64,000 nt of DNA from Mobula hypostoma (lineage: Eukaryota): positions 27,964,001-28,028,000 of the forward strand of contig NC_086108.1 of the NCBI RefSeq assembly GCF_963921235.1, read 5' to 3'. Positions 36,521-49,973 of this stretch are shown here, in pieces. A model generated the notes under the pieces. It was not told where the DNA came from and did not search any database. It saw only the letters and a program-made list of their open reading frames with translations. A program made the position numbers and the translations under genes. How positions within the stretch are numbered: the first letter of the stretch is position 1; every line of letters starts with the position of its first letter.

Positions 36521-37894
36521 CAGGTTTCCCTCGTCATCCGAAGGTAGAGCGTTCCTATGAAATGGTTTGTAAGCCAGAAGGTCGTAAAGCGAAGAAGCAA
36601 TTACCATTTATTTATATGGGAAAAATTTGTGATTGTTCGCCAACCCAAAAATAACATACCAAATCATGCCAAATAACACATAAACCCTAAAATAACTGTA
36701 ACATATAGTAAAAGCAGGAATGATATGATGAATACACAGCCTATATAAAGAAGGAATACTTTTCCACAATCATTGCTGCACCGTTCTCCGTAGCGAAAAT
36801 CTTACGCAAACGCCGTCGGCAAAAACACAGCGCAAGCACTCTTCATTAATCTTTAAGCTATGAAGCTGCCAAATCATACCAAATAACACATAAAAGTACA
36901 CAGCCGATATAAAGTAGAAATGACGTATGTACAGTGTAATATCACTTACGGGAATCGGGAAGACAGCAAGTACACTGATGATGTTGTGTTAGGCTGAGTT
37001 GTCGGAGGTTGGGGTGGTGCAGTGGCCCCCACCCTCCGGGCTGCCGACCAATACCAATTCTTGGAGAATGCAGCGGTAGCCGGGATGCACCGAGCACATC
37101 TTTAAGAAAAAAGCCGAAATAAACAAGCTAATTAATTAGATGCCACTCAGCATGTAAATGTCGGCCCAGATCAGAGGTGATGAGGGTAGGCAGGTCATCT
37201 TCTTCTATGTCTGCCTGCCTCGATGTCGAAGGTCGAGGTTCGTTGTCTGCTGAAGGCTTTCTTGACTCCTAGCCTTGCGCATTTTTCTAACTTACAGTTC
37301 TTTGTAAGCACTCAAACCATCTTGCAAATATGCCCTAAACCGACGTACCCTTTCAAAATTAAAGTCATACTTTATCACTGCAGTGAAAATCTTACGCAGT
37401 TCGCTTCACGTTCAGTTCCTGGACGACTTCACTTTCGGTCAGTTCGCTACTGCATTCAGTTTTGATTGTTATCCTTTCCTCTTCCAATTGCATCAGATCT
37501 TCATCTATCAGTTCTCGGTCATGGGATGCCAAAACCTCTTCAACATCATCTTTGTCAACTTCCACAAGCCAAACTCACTTTGTCCTTACTTCATTCACCA
37601 TGATCGAAACACTTAATTATGCCTAAGTGTAACACCCTTACGAGCTCTTTCAGGCTTTTCCAATACTTTAGAACTCATCTTGCTAACAGCTGCTCACAGG
37701 CACGTGTTTAAGCAATGTCGTTCCGAATCCGGGGGAGGAGCAGCTGCTCGGGGTGTGCGCTGCTTTTTTTTTGCGCGCTGCCTTTTTTCGTAACAATGAA
37801 AACACCTTCTGTTATCGAAAACAGGTAACTAATGTTGGTCTTTCGTAACAGTGAGGTTTCGTAAAGCAAATGCTCAAAAAGCGGGGGACACCTG
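36521..37894 (-). mobile_element. Internally deleted Tigger/pogo-like Tc1-mariner transposon
   Basis: TA TSDs; termini caggtttccctcg / cgggggacacctg; minus strand MSSKVLEKPERARKGVTL joined to the C-terminal DDVEEVLASHDRELIDEDLMQLEEE; no DDE core. Confidence 0.88.
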
Positions 37895-38169
37895 TATTAC
37901 CGCCCAGGCCTTTAAACAAATAAATGAAACTAATAGGTAAGGTGTCTAGGATATATAAATTGTCCCAAGACCATATGGAAAATGGTTTTGTCACTGGACT
38001 CTTCAGACAGATCAACCGGCATTGTGTATCAATCCAGAAGATAATACTATTGCTTTAACCGAAGATTGAGCAGCAAGACCCAAGTTTCGTTGTGCCTGAG
38101 TCTGTAAGTACCCGGTGTTGGACTGGTTGTTAACATCAGTGAGCCGATAAATATCGATCAGTCACGAAT

Positions 38170-38660
38170 AAAATTTTAGATTCTAAATCAGGTGGGCTGG
38201 TGTTCGCTGCCATTCACCGGTCTTCCTCACCCTCTTGCTAGCTGCCGTCAGAGGAAAGTGTTGTGTCTCCGGGATCCGCGTCGCCAGGATTGATCGGCAA
38301 GGTTGTGGACTGGTTTGGGGAATTTGAGGTTCATGTTGCATGTGCTCCTGGATTCTGGTTACTCTTTTTTTTTGCTGTTTTTGAGCGGTTTGATTGGGGC
38401 GATTGATGCAGACTGGGGCACTTCAGCAAAGAATGGTTGTGCAGCCTGAATTGGCTGTCAGAACAGCGCTGAACTGAACTGGGCTGAATGCTGTTCAATT
38501 GCTTTTTGCCATTTGCGCAACTTGTTCTTTCTTGCGCACTGGTGTTCAATGTTTTCTTGAATGGATTCCATGACGTTTCTTTATTTCATAGTGGCATGCG
38601 GGAGGATAATTCTCTGAGTTGTATTCTGCATACGTACTTTGATAATAAATGTACTTTGCG
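38170..38660 (+). mobile_element. SINE-like repeat with Rex1-type 3' tail
   Basis: Ends tactttgataataaatgtactttg, like the tails at 62038-62068 and 56095-56125 (minus). Confidence 0.6.
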
Positions 38661-39639
38661 GTATGTTGTGCATTAAAATTCCAAACTTTCTGCCATTATT
38701 CTTCTCATTCAGCTATGAGAGATTTAGATACCAGCAAGAAGACAGTGAAAGCCACATTGGATTTTGTACTTTTTATGCTTCTCTTTCCACTCCTTAATAC
38801 ATTCTGGGCAAGCAATATCCTATAATACACACCAGTTAATGCTTGTAAGGCAAATAAAATTTTGCAAGACCCACGGTAATGCCATTATTAATGAACTGCT
38901 TTGGGGGCTGTTAAATACAGAAGGCAATCTCTTCTAGCAGAATACAACTGTCTTTTAATTGCTGTGCACAAGTAACATTTTAACAGATTGCTTTGGACAT
39001 CTGTTCAGGGGAGAACAGATTTAGCCAATTCAGGATTGAAGTATAAATTTCTGCAGCTAAATTGAATACGTACAATTTATGAGGACCAGTCTTTAAATAT
39101 TGGGTTCAATGCTAGTTGAAAGCTCATTGAGGGGGTAAGGTATTTTCGGTGCCCTACTGTAGATACCAGAGGGTAAGCTATAAGATGGGCTGTAATTGAG
39201 AAAATAATGTTGTTTCCAATATAGCTCAGGAGATATCTGAGACAGAATTGCAGGCTTAAATTGTAGGTAATTGAAATGAAGTTGGAGATTTGAAATCACC
39301 AAGTAACTAAGTATGGAGAGGAAAAAAAATTCCAAAGCATATCGAAGCCATGACAAAGATCTCACAAGTACTTAAGGAAAAGCAAACATTCAGGAGCAAT
39401 ATTATCTGCTTTATATACGTATTCTATGTGAAAATAATAATACTGAAATACAAAAATAATAAAAATAAGAAGATAGGAGACCAGTTAAATAATGCTTTGG
39501 TATCAACATCTAGAATGGAAAATAATAGCACTCTGGATATCTCAAGAAAACTGTTGAGGAATGTTGTTGATGAGAACAGAGCAACAGTGAAAATAGCAAC
39601 ATTAAAGAATAACAATTTTCCTGGAGGTCAAAAGCAGAG

Positions 39640-41180
39640 GGGGAAAAAAAGAAACCAGTGGAAATATTGCGGATGTCCCAACCTCAATCTTAAAAACTTC
39701 TCTTGTTTTGATAAGCGTTTCCTTAGTTTGAGAAATGTGCTTGTCATTCCACTGTTTGAAAAAGTGAAAGGGGAAAGTAGGGAATAATACATCAGTTAGC
39801 TTCACATCTGTTGTTAGCGAATTACTGGAGAGCATAATTAAGGATAGAGTGACTGAACACCTTGAAATGTTTCCGTTGATGAGAGAAAACCAGTATGGGT
39901 TTGTAAAGTGTAGGTCATGCCTGACGAGACTGATTGCATTCTTTGAAGAGATGACTAATCTAGTGGTTAGGGCAATACCTTTGGGTGTTATTCAAATAGA
40001 TTTCCAGAGGAATTTGATAGAGTCCCTCATAAAAGACTGTCATCTAAAATCGAAGCCTTTGGAATTAAAGACAATTTATGGACCTGGCTTGGAAATTAGT
40101 GAATCGTAAGACATAGAGACTCAGGATAATGAGCTGATCTCAAATTGACAAGATGTGTCTAGTAAGATCTCACAAACATCTATGCTTGTGTTTGAATTAT
40201 TTAGTATATTTCAAAATACTCAATTGACATGAAAGAAGGCAACATATCTGCAATTATAAATGACACAGGTGATAACAAATCTATGTAGATAGCAGCATTA
40301 AATTTCAAGTAGATATCAATAGTTCAAATAAATATTAACAATTAAATCAAATGTGTGTCAGATCCAGGAAACATGCAGTCAACCATTTTATGCTGAAAGA
40401 AAATGGGGAAACATACAGTACATGCTAAATGGTGAACAGTTAAAACCAGTGGAGTTAAAAAGCTGATTAAGGTCTTCCTGCATAGATTATTAAAATATCA
40501 TGTACAGGTTCAGAAATAATTAGACAAAACAAATGGAATGTTTGTTACTGTATTCATTTTCTCATATTTCCCAATCACATAGAAATGTGCAATTTGGCCC
40601 ATCGAATCTATGCTGGCTGTCAGAGCATTTCCCATCAATCCCACTTCCCTGAATCTATTCTCTCTTACATTCCCACCCATACACCCAAGGATGCTTGGGA
40701 CTGAGGTACCGAATGGTCAAGTTCAAGAGGGCTTAATAACGTACTGAAGCTATGGATATCATTTGGTGGACTACGTCTGAAGAACTGTGAACAGACTGGG
40801 CATCTCATCTTCGGATAAGTTGAGCCATGATTTATAGAACATCACATGGATTCCAAAGGCTAACTGTTGGGGTGAGATTACAAATAGTCATATTATGTGT
40901 AGAATGTTAAAGAGGAGTGATTTGATTCAGGTTGATAAGTTTAAAATACAAAATATTATTCAAGTTACCTGGGACCAGAGCACACTATAGAACAATTAGA
41001 ACAAGTCATTTCAGGTTTAAAGTTCAGAATTATTTCTGTTCAGGATGATTATATAAATTTGGAACTATCTCCTATCATCAGCATTGAGGTAAATTTAGTT
41101 AATCTATTTATCAATCAAAGGTATTCCGAGATATGGAGAAAAAGATTGCTACAGGGAACTAATTCTCAGATTGCCCACAA
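39640..41180 (+). mobile_element. Highly decayed CR1
   Basis: VIPLFEK, QYGFVKCRSCLTRLIAFFEE, IDFQ remnants. Confidence 0.75.
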
Positions 41181-42639
41181 TCTCTTAAAATAGACTCAGG
41201 AGGCACCCCCATATACTGTGGATAGTTTATGAAGAAAAAAGGATGCTTGGGACTGAGGTACAAGACGAAATCTGATCAAGAGGCTAAAATGAATTAGATA
41301 TGTGATATGTGATGGAGAGGACTTCTCAATGTGGGTGCAGGTATGGAGAGCTGGATAATTTTACTTGAGGGGCCCACCGTAAGCACATTTAATACTTACT
41401 CCATGTTAAGCAGTCACAAGTGGCTCACCACCCTTAACTTTAGGGCAGATGGCCAATTGATTATGAGCTAACAGCAATGTGGAAGAATATTGTATGCTGG
41501 AATCTTCTCAAAGTGCACAGATAAATATTGGCGTGTCAGTTGCCCTATTATAAAGTAATAGCAATAATGTTCATTAATTCAGCTGATCAGGCAGCGTCTA
41601 CAAAAACCTGCTGACTTTCTCCAGCACTTGGTGTGTGTTACTTTAGATTTCCAGTATCTGCAGATTTTCTTCTGTTTAACGTTCATTAATTGCTTTGGAA
41701 CTCACTTTCCATTCATAGAACACACAAGAGGAAGTTCTTTATCATGTACATACTTGCCTGTGGATTGTACAAATTGGGTTGTACATACACCATCTTCATT
41801 AAATCCGTATAAGTGGCCAGTTATGTTAACTAATCGCTCATACTAAATTAGAAAGTAAGTCGACTGAGTTGCTTGTTATTGCAGATTCATAATTAGTACT
41901 TAAGTTTAAACAGGTGGTACACAAAGTATTAGTGGACTGAGTTAATTGCCAAAATAAATGACAAAAGTTACAAAGCAGGTTCCTTGGTGTCGCAGTAATT
42001 CAACACTAAATGCTTGCTGATTGTAAATTTATAGTTAAGATCCATGTTGGACATCGATTTAAATTAGAACTTGACTCCTAATTTGCTGACAAGTTAAAAG
42101 CGTTAGACAGTCAATCCATTAAAGAGATTAAAATCCAAGTGTTTGCGGTTAGCAGTATTTCCAGAACTTATTCAACTTTGTGCTCAGAAACTGGCTTGCA
42201 TTAGTGGCCCCTTCATCCATTCTGGAACCTCAGACCGATCAATTTTTCATTCATAAAACATGCCAAAACAAGCTGCTACTAAAACTCACTGTCAATGGAA
42301 CACTAATTTTACAAAAAACAACCAATGAAATTATAGACAACATCAAGAATTTTGATCTGTTTGATTTAAATACAAGAAAAATACCAGATCAAAATGAAGC
42401 GAATGAGGGAAGAACATGAAGGAATGTCAAAAAGAAAAGCAAGCAGAAGTACAGTGTGGAGAAGTCAGAAAGGTCAGTGGAGGATGAACAGAACATGTTG
42501 CATTTTAATAAATAAGCATCTGAATTTTGGTTGACAAATCCTGAGAATAGAGTATGTGAGGTTAGTCCAGAGTGCTTTTGATCAGTTAAGTCAAGAGGAT
42601 AACAAAAGCCATCAATAATAAGGATTTCCATGCTGTCAG

Positions 42640-43360
42640 TACATACTCAAGCACAAGTAAATTTGTCGTACGTGATTTCCTTTCCATAAATCCAGGTTGA
42701 CAGTCTAATCTTGATATCTTCAAAGTGTCCAGTTATCATATTCTTTTTTAATAAACTTACTGTTTTCCCTGCTCCAGGTGTTGGGCTTATTGATCTATAG
42801 CATGCCGTTTTCATTCCCTCTTTTAAAAAAAGTTTACATTTGTCACCCTCCAATTTGCAGGAAGTACAAATAACCAATAGGTTTTTGGAATTTGACAATT
42901 ATCCATTTCCGTGCCTACTGTTTTATTAACTCTTAGTCCCATTAAATTCTCCATCACTATATTAATGAGTTCCTCCTCAGAATCTCAGTCTCCTTGCATT
43001 TCTAAGAATTTGTGTTTTCCCCAGTGAGGACAAAACCAAAATATTTAATTTGCTCTAGTCTGAGTCATGCTCCCCCCATCCCATTCTCACTAAAAGTGAC
43101 ACAGAATGTTTACATTTCAAATTTTCTTAATCGTTCTCCTGCTTCAGTTTTGATAGATTCTAAACTGCTCATAATCCCCAAATATACTACTTTTTCTTGT
43201 GAACATAAATGACTCCTCTTTGGATCTAATACCGCGCGTCACTTATTTTGTTGGCCACCATTGTGTCGGTTTTCTGTTTGTACCGGAAAGGAATGTTGCA
43301 GCTGCTGCACAGTCTTTAAAAGTTAAACCTTGTCCAATCCCTGCCAAGCTTCCCAGTCTA
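42640..43360 (-). mobile_element. Highly decayed CR1 fragment
   Basis: LFLKEGMKTACYRSIS ~ PLFKKG..NYRPIS on the minus strand. Confidence 0.6.
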
Positions 43361-43581
43361 TCATAGCCAATGAACTTCTGAAGGTGGAGGCTGATGAGGT
43401 GGAAGATGAGCTCTATACTAGTACTGGTTGGGAAGAGAGGGAGTGAAAACAGAATTACAAGAAATAAAGGAAAGATGATTGAGAACTAAATCATCTAAGA
43501 TTGTGGGGAAGCTGATGTTATGGAAAAGAGAATGTACCCTGAAGGTACTAGTGTGCGAAGTCTCATCATCAGAGCAGATAG

Positions 43582-44428
43582 TGTTACGTACCCCGTAACT
43601 GGGTTGCCAAACCAGCAGAAATGGATCACTCAGTTGGAGTCTGGAGTACTAGAACTAAGAAAGTTTTATGAAAGAAACAAGCAACACAGTAATTGAAAGG
43701 ATATTAAATGCAACAGTTCAGCGATGATAAACACACATGTGCACAGAATTAAGATAACAGCATCAATCAAGCTCTGTCATTGTCTAGGGGTAAATGACCA
43801 AATTTCAAAGTGACTCAAAGTTCAGTCCAGTTTAGTAGTTCAGTTCGCAGTAATCGTTGCCATGGCGATGGACAACGTGGGGGAAGAGAGAGAGAGAGAA
43901 CAGGAACACGGCTTCACTCACAGACCGGCGAAATGGCTCACAAGCAACTTTTGGGCGGGTCCTTGGTGATGTCACCTGAGGTCACCGACTGTGACCCCTC
44001 CTCCAGATGCGGTCGATCCTCTGCAGTGAACCCGGCACCCAGGCAAGGGCGGACACACACCGGGTTCCCGCTGATCATACCTTTCCACCCTGGCCGTTGT
44101 CTGATACTTCTCATCCACTCGTGAGAGGCGCACCGCTTCCAGGGTCTCGTTACCTCGGGTGGCGTGTGTCGCCTTAGCGAACCGGTCCCCTTTTTATCCC
44201 CCTGCTGGGGTATCGCCTGTCCATCACTTCAAACAGTTCAAGGTTCAAAGGGGGAGCCGCTCCAGACAGCTCTCTCTCTCCCACGTCCCTTCATTACACA
44301 TCTCCAGACGCTGCTCCATTGTTCCTTATCTCTCCTTCCCCTGAGGGCAGGTGGCAGACCACTTGCTGATGTCACTGATGCTAACCTAGGCCAGCACACA
44401 TCTTAATTTTATGTGTATTCTCGTCACA
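43582..44428 (-). mobile_element. Solo LTR inserted in an old Penelope-like remnant
   Basis: TG..CA termini, 4-bp TSD atag; homologous (inverted) to 52191-53034. Confidence 0.9.
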
Positions 44429-45889
44429 ATAGACAATGAGAAAGTAGAATAGTTGAAAGGAGTAATTGCAGGAAACAGAATGGGATGAGGTCTAACTATT
44501 ATAGGCATGTAATAAATCTTGGACATTCATTTATTCCATGTTGCAGAGAGAAATGTCAAGGAAAGAGAGATAAGAGTGACATTCAGACCACGTGAAAGTG
44601 CAAGCAATAAATGTAATGATATTTTTGAGTTCTCTATGAGTATAGGAAGCACCATCTAAATGGGGAAAAAAGGTTGAGGGAGGAGGCTTGAGCAGACCTG
44701 AAACATTTATCAACCAAGTTACAGAGGTATACCTTGGGATACGTGCAATTTTCCAAAGCTGAACATTTGACATGTGAGAGGAGCTGAGAGAGAACTGCTA
44801 GATGGTAGAACAAAACCAGTCAGATGGATCAGAGTGCTGGTGCAGGGAACTGGTTGGCTCTCTGTGGAAGGAAAAAGTGGAGGGACCCCAGACCATACTG
44901 ATGTTGGATGGAGAAATGGATGGATTGGATGTCTATTGTGAAAAATCATTATATGTGAGCAACAAATTTAGGAAAAAATATCTGTGGCACTTAAGGTTGT
45001 ATGGAACCTAAATCTATCTCTCTGACCTAGATGTCTGGTCTCATAATTGTTCTGAGTTTTCTCACCTCCTGCCCCCCCCCCCCCATAAGATGTCTATTTT
45101 CAGCATTTAAGGTTTTATTTGCCATGTACTCAGCAATCTGTAAATTGCTTTCCAGTCAATTATACAATCATTTGACCCAAAAGGAGGCTGTTTAGCTCAT
45201 CATTATTTGATAGCTCTTTAAAAGAGTTCAACAATCCCTACTTTTCTGCTCTTTCTCAAACATTTTTCCTTCCTTCTTCCTCATTTGTCGAAGTTTATTT
45301 TGCAAACTCTGTATGAATTTGCTTCAGCCTTTCCATTAGGGCATACAAGGAGAAAGACTCCATGGAAAGTCATCCCCTGGAGATATATATATTTTAAATC
45401 TAAATTATTTATATTAGTTAAGGACCTCTGCAAGTATGTACTGTTCATTTGCCTATTTATTCATGGATGACAATCTCATGTACAAAGCCTTGAGGGCAAA
45501 ATAGATAAAGTCAATACAGAAGTTAAAAACTGCTAGAAAACGCAGAGTTGCAGAAAACAAATGAACTGCTCTGAAACTAGTGACAAGCAAAAAACCTGAA
45601 GGTCAAATGCATATTGTTAAGTCTCAGTCCCACTAAAAATAACTCATGAATCCCCAGTGGAGTAATCGCAAACCTTAGTCCCAGATAACTGGCACATTTA
45701 ACACAAAGGTTTTCTTCCTGTGCAGTCTGTGTGCAGTAAAGGTGCAATGGTGAAACCAGTGTAAATGACTTGAAGCTAAAGTACATGGCAGCAAAGTTTT
45801 GACTGCATAAAAACAGATGCACAATTATTTGATGAGTGTGCATCAACTAGGTATATTTTGTTTTAAACTTGATTGCTGGATGTACATGC

Positions 45890-46112
45890 CCCTATCACCC
45901 ATCCCCAAGATTGGGAATGTAGGTAAGGATGGCAGACTTCCTTCCATGAGGTATGTCAGCAAAGGTTTTTAAATTGTAATGCAGTAGTGTCATGTTTGTT
46001 CATTCCAGATATTAAATTAAATTTCTCAAATTGAATTACTCAGCTGCTACTAGAGTGGAATTCGAACTCCTGATTGTAATTGTTCCAGAACTAATCTAGA
46101 AAGTCACCCACT
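45890..46112 (-). mobile_element. Old tRNA-derived SINE remnant
   Basis: aaggatggcagacttccttcc...ttccagat...ggaattcgaactc (B-box-like on the minus strand). Confidence 0.4.
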
Positions 46113-46235
46113 GTTCAACTATATCCTTGCCCCTGGTTTGCACAATGTACTGTGAAGAATTTCTCCTCTTTGTAAGGATCGTTCCAGCTGTGTATCAGCA
46201 ATGCCCATATTTTCTTGCACAAGGGCATTACATTT

Positions 46236-46370
46236 GTTCTGATGAAGGATCTCGGTCCAAAACATCGACGGTATTCTTTTCCATAGATGCTGCCTGGCCT
46301 GCTGAGTTCCTCCAGCACTTTATGGGTGTAGTTCGGATTTCCAGCATCTGCAGATTTTCTCTTGTCGGTG
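46236..46370 (+). mobile_element. Penelope-derived mini-element starting at a decayed hammerhead
   Basis: ctgatgaaggatctcggtccaaaacatcgac; flanking duplication attacatttgttctg / attacattggtcctg. Confidence 0.8.
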
Positions 46371-47980
46371 ATTACATTGGTCCTGTAGTCCTTTCCGCCC
46401 CTGCAGGGGATTATTTGATCAACAGCATGATCCCCATTCAACTACAAAACATTCATCATTGCTGAAAAGCCATGACAGTAAGGTATCAGAGAACAATGAC
46501 TTGGCCACTCGTCAGTAGATGGAAGAGTAAATGTCCACTACCTTCTGACAGACAGATAAATGGCACGAAATATTTCATTGAAACCTTTGCAGCGCTTAAC
46601 ATCTCATGCAGGCAAATCCTCACAGAAAGACAAAGTGACTGGCCAGCAATTCAAAGAAAACTGCATTCCTTATTCTTCATATGCCCAAGACTGGGTGCTT
46701 TGATGAGGACTTCATGTGCCTGTGGAAACACAACATAGCTCTGTATCCAAGATTGGTGAACAACTGTGCCCAGATGCACACTGTCATGGCAAAACTTCAC
46801 AGTGTAATACATTCTCAAAGGGTACAGCTTGGAAAAGTAGAGTGTGTTAGGGTGTTTGGAGCTAGCACATACAGCAAATAACTTCAGCAACAAATTTCAG
46901 CCATCAATCTTCAAATCTGAATATAGACTGTAGATTAAATTTAAAATGCAACACTGAACAATGGGTTCCTAAAAGCCGTGAATCATAGTTAATGGGAAGA
47001 CCAGACAATGCTGATTAAATTCATTTAGGTGTCTGTGGTGTGGGTGCAAAGCAGGAGCTGTGAGGTTTGTGTGTAGTTGTAAATATGGAATTGTCCTTTG
47101 ATCTTTAGCACATAAAATATCATGTAGTGTTGGATAGAGCAGACCTCTTCTTCCAAAATGGTCTCCGTATGATGCCTGCTGTGTCTCATTTTGTTGAATA
47201 AAGACACTACTTCATATTCACCAGCTAAATCTCTCCAATGACTATGTTCACTCGACAACAGACTGGTCACTCCCTTAACTCTTTTTCACCACTCTGGTGA
47301 AAAAGCCGTAAATCATAGTTAACGGGAAGACCAGACAATGCTGATTAAAATTCATTTAGGTGTCTGTGCTGTGGGTACACATCACAGCACTCACAATACT
47401 CGCAGGTAGAACTGATTGTAGCATCATTTTGACCTGCAGGGTTTCCGGTCAGTTACAAGAACTGAATAGTTAATTTCAAGTTGAAGCTTTACTGTCAGTT
47501 GGGTTCTCTTCCATCAAGACACAAGTGATCCAGAAGAATGTGCTGCTCTTGAGAATGATTAAGATGATGTTTCATGTGGCCATGAAAACCTTGGAAATAT
47601 GGCCCATGTGGATGCTGGCTATCTTGACTACAAAAACCTGCCAAGCTGAAAGCCTTAAAATAATTATGACTATGAAAGGATCTGAGTACTGACCCCAGAG
47701 AGGATTTTGTATATATGAACCACTCCCTACTATAATAAAGCTTCTGCAGTTTTCCATGTAGAATAACATAATGGGAATATAAATACGTCATATGGATGAT
47801 AAAATACATTGCGACATACAATGAGTAATAAAAAGCAAGCCAAAAACTGTATCAGTTACACTTGCCTCCTTCAGAAAAAGACCCTGTGGTTCAGTAACAG
47901 CCAAAGATCTTTATAAATTTAAAGCTTTGTTGTGTTGATATAAGCCAGTTTTGGCTAGGTCCAGTCTGTGAGTCAATAGG

Positions 47981-48114
47981 CAAACAACAGGAATTCTGCA
48001 GATGCTGGAAATTCAAGCAACACACATCAAAGTTGCTGGTGAACGCAGCAGGCCAGGCAGCATCTCTAGGAAGAGGTGCAGTCGACGTTTCAGGCCGAGA
48101 CCCTTCGTCAGGAC
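47981..48114 (-). mobile_element. Penelope-derived mini-element with intact hammerhead core (48081-48114)
   Basis: About 3 substitutions from 31284-31416; GTC-CTGACGA-AGG..CCT-GAAACGTC-GAC; flanks tgtgagtcaatagg / tgtgggtcaatagg. Confidence 0.88.
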
Positions 48115-49973
48115 AATCTTGTGGGTCAATAGGTTCTGGACTTCTGCACCTGTACACTTCAACACAGATGTCAGCAGCTTATAGGAGCGTAGCTGACCTC
48201 TTACTTTGTGCTGATAGGCAGTCCCTGATGATCCTGAGTTAAGTAGCCAGACGTTTTTGTTTTTGACACCAGCCCCTCCCAAACTGATACCAATCACAGC
48301 AAGCATAACATAGCAATGATCCTACTCACTTGAATAGAGGCACTGAACTGGATGAAGAAAAGTGCTTTGATGTTTTCCAATTTCAATACCAGTAATGCTT
48401 TTGATTAATTTACATGTCATAAATTCTTCAGAATAAAAAAATTCTTGCCTTTAATCATTTGAGTCCTGTTCGACTATTCTTTGAAGTTGCTGATCATCAG
48501 AGGCATTCAAAGATATTGGTAAAACAGGAGCTGTCATAAAGGCATCAGGGCAGTCCAGGGGCTTCACAATCCACCTTCTGCCCACTGCAGAAAGGCCCCA
48601 AACTCACTTGGACTTTTGCAGACCCAAGAAGTGGGGAGAGATATTCAAAATGCAATCAGGTCAATCTTAATTCCGGAACATTTGAGGCTGGTTCCACTTT
48701 GAAAAGTTTCTCCTGTCTCCCACCAATTCAAAATGTTTGCATATTGCTTTGAAGCATAGCATTTTTTAGAATGGTTCTTCTAAACGATTCCTTCTTGCTC
48801 TTAAAAGGGAAAGGTTGGTGAATTCTGATTAAAACAGCTCTAAAAAACTGCAAACCTAATTTTAAGCTACTTTCAAAGTGATACAAAAATATTCTTTGTT
48901 TATATTGAGGCACACTAGTCCATTTATTGATAAATTGAATCAGAAATCCCATGTATATGCTCTAAAGATTACCCTCTGGTGTATCAGCTCCCAAATAAAG
49001 GAAGTAATTTTGAAACCTTCACAAATAACCACAAATGTGATCAATAAAAACACAAAATGGTGACTAGTTTGCCCTATGAGGTGTAGCCCCTCCCAGGAAT
49101 AGGGGTTGCCACACATGCATTAATTTTAAAACTGCTACTAAAGGGTGTGGAAATGGGGGTGTAAATGCAAATTTCATTTCAAATTCAGAAATTTTTGAAT
49201 TGAAATGAATTGAATTGACTTTATTTCTTATATCATTCACATACGAGGAGTAAATATCTTATTGTTACATCTCTGTCTAAATGTGCAATTTATAGTAATT
49301 TGTAATAAATAGTATGTAGAATGCCAAGTATGCCTATTTCAATCATATTACTCTAATATAGGCAAGTATAGTCTGAGTTTGTGTGCTTGTTTGTACGGCC
49401 CTCTCATACCATGAAGAGAAGTTCAGCAAGGCAGCAGGATTGCTGCTACCTCATTCACAACAGAAATAGTTGGATTATTCCTTGATTCTCTTCTTTTGCT
49501 TGCTTATTTTGCAGGTTAAGAGACTTGAGACCTCTGCTTATCCACAGAAGAAGAGCACCTTGGTTAACAATGATGGCCATACCACATACATAGAATGCTC
49601 AAACTCACTATTTTGTTTGTGCTTCATGTAGGTCACAAGTCAGACGATTATTGTACTGCACTCGGGGAAGGGCACAGAGGCAGTAAACGCACACCTTAGC
49701 TCAGTTCTTCAGAAACCAGTGACAATTGGTTTGATCTTTACTGACCCTTTCATTGCCTAGCTGACAGCAATGAACCTTAGTTGGATTTCTCTACTTCGCA
49801 AATGTCTCAAGAAGTAGCACTGTTGCAGGATGTGTGTGTGTATGTATATAAAACATATTTACTTTTTAATTGCAATTAATAGCAGGACCTTAAGAAAAAA
49901 AAGTGAAGAACCTCAGAAGTGTACAGGAGAGCTGTGTGATACAGATTATCTGAGATTGCTAACAACATGCTTA

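Noticed and set aside
49490..49630. Acceptor-like polypyrimidine+CAG at ~49515 (also ~61423)
   Set aside because: No good downstream donor or recognisable peptide; an exon cannot be supported without RNA data
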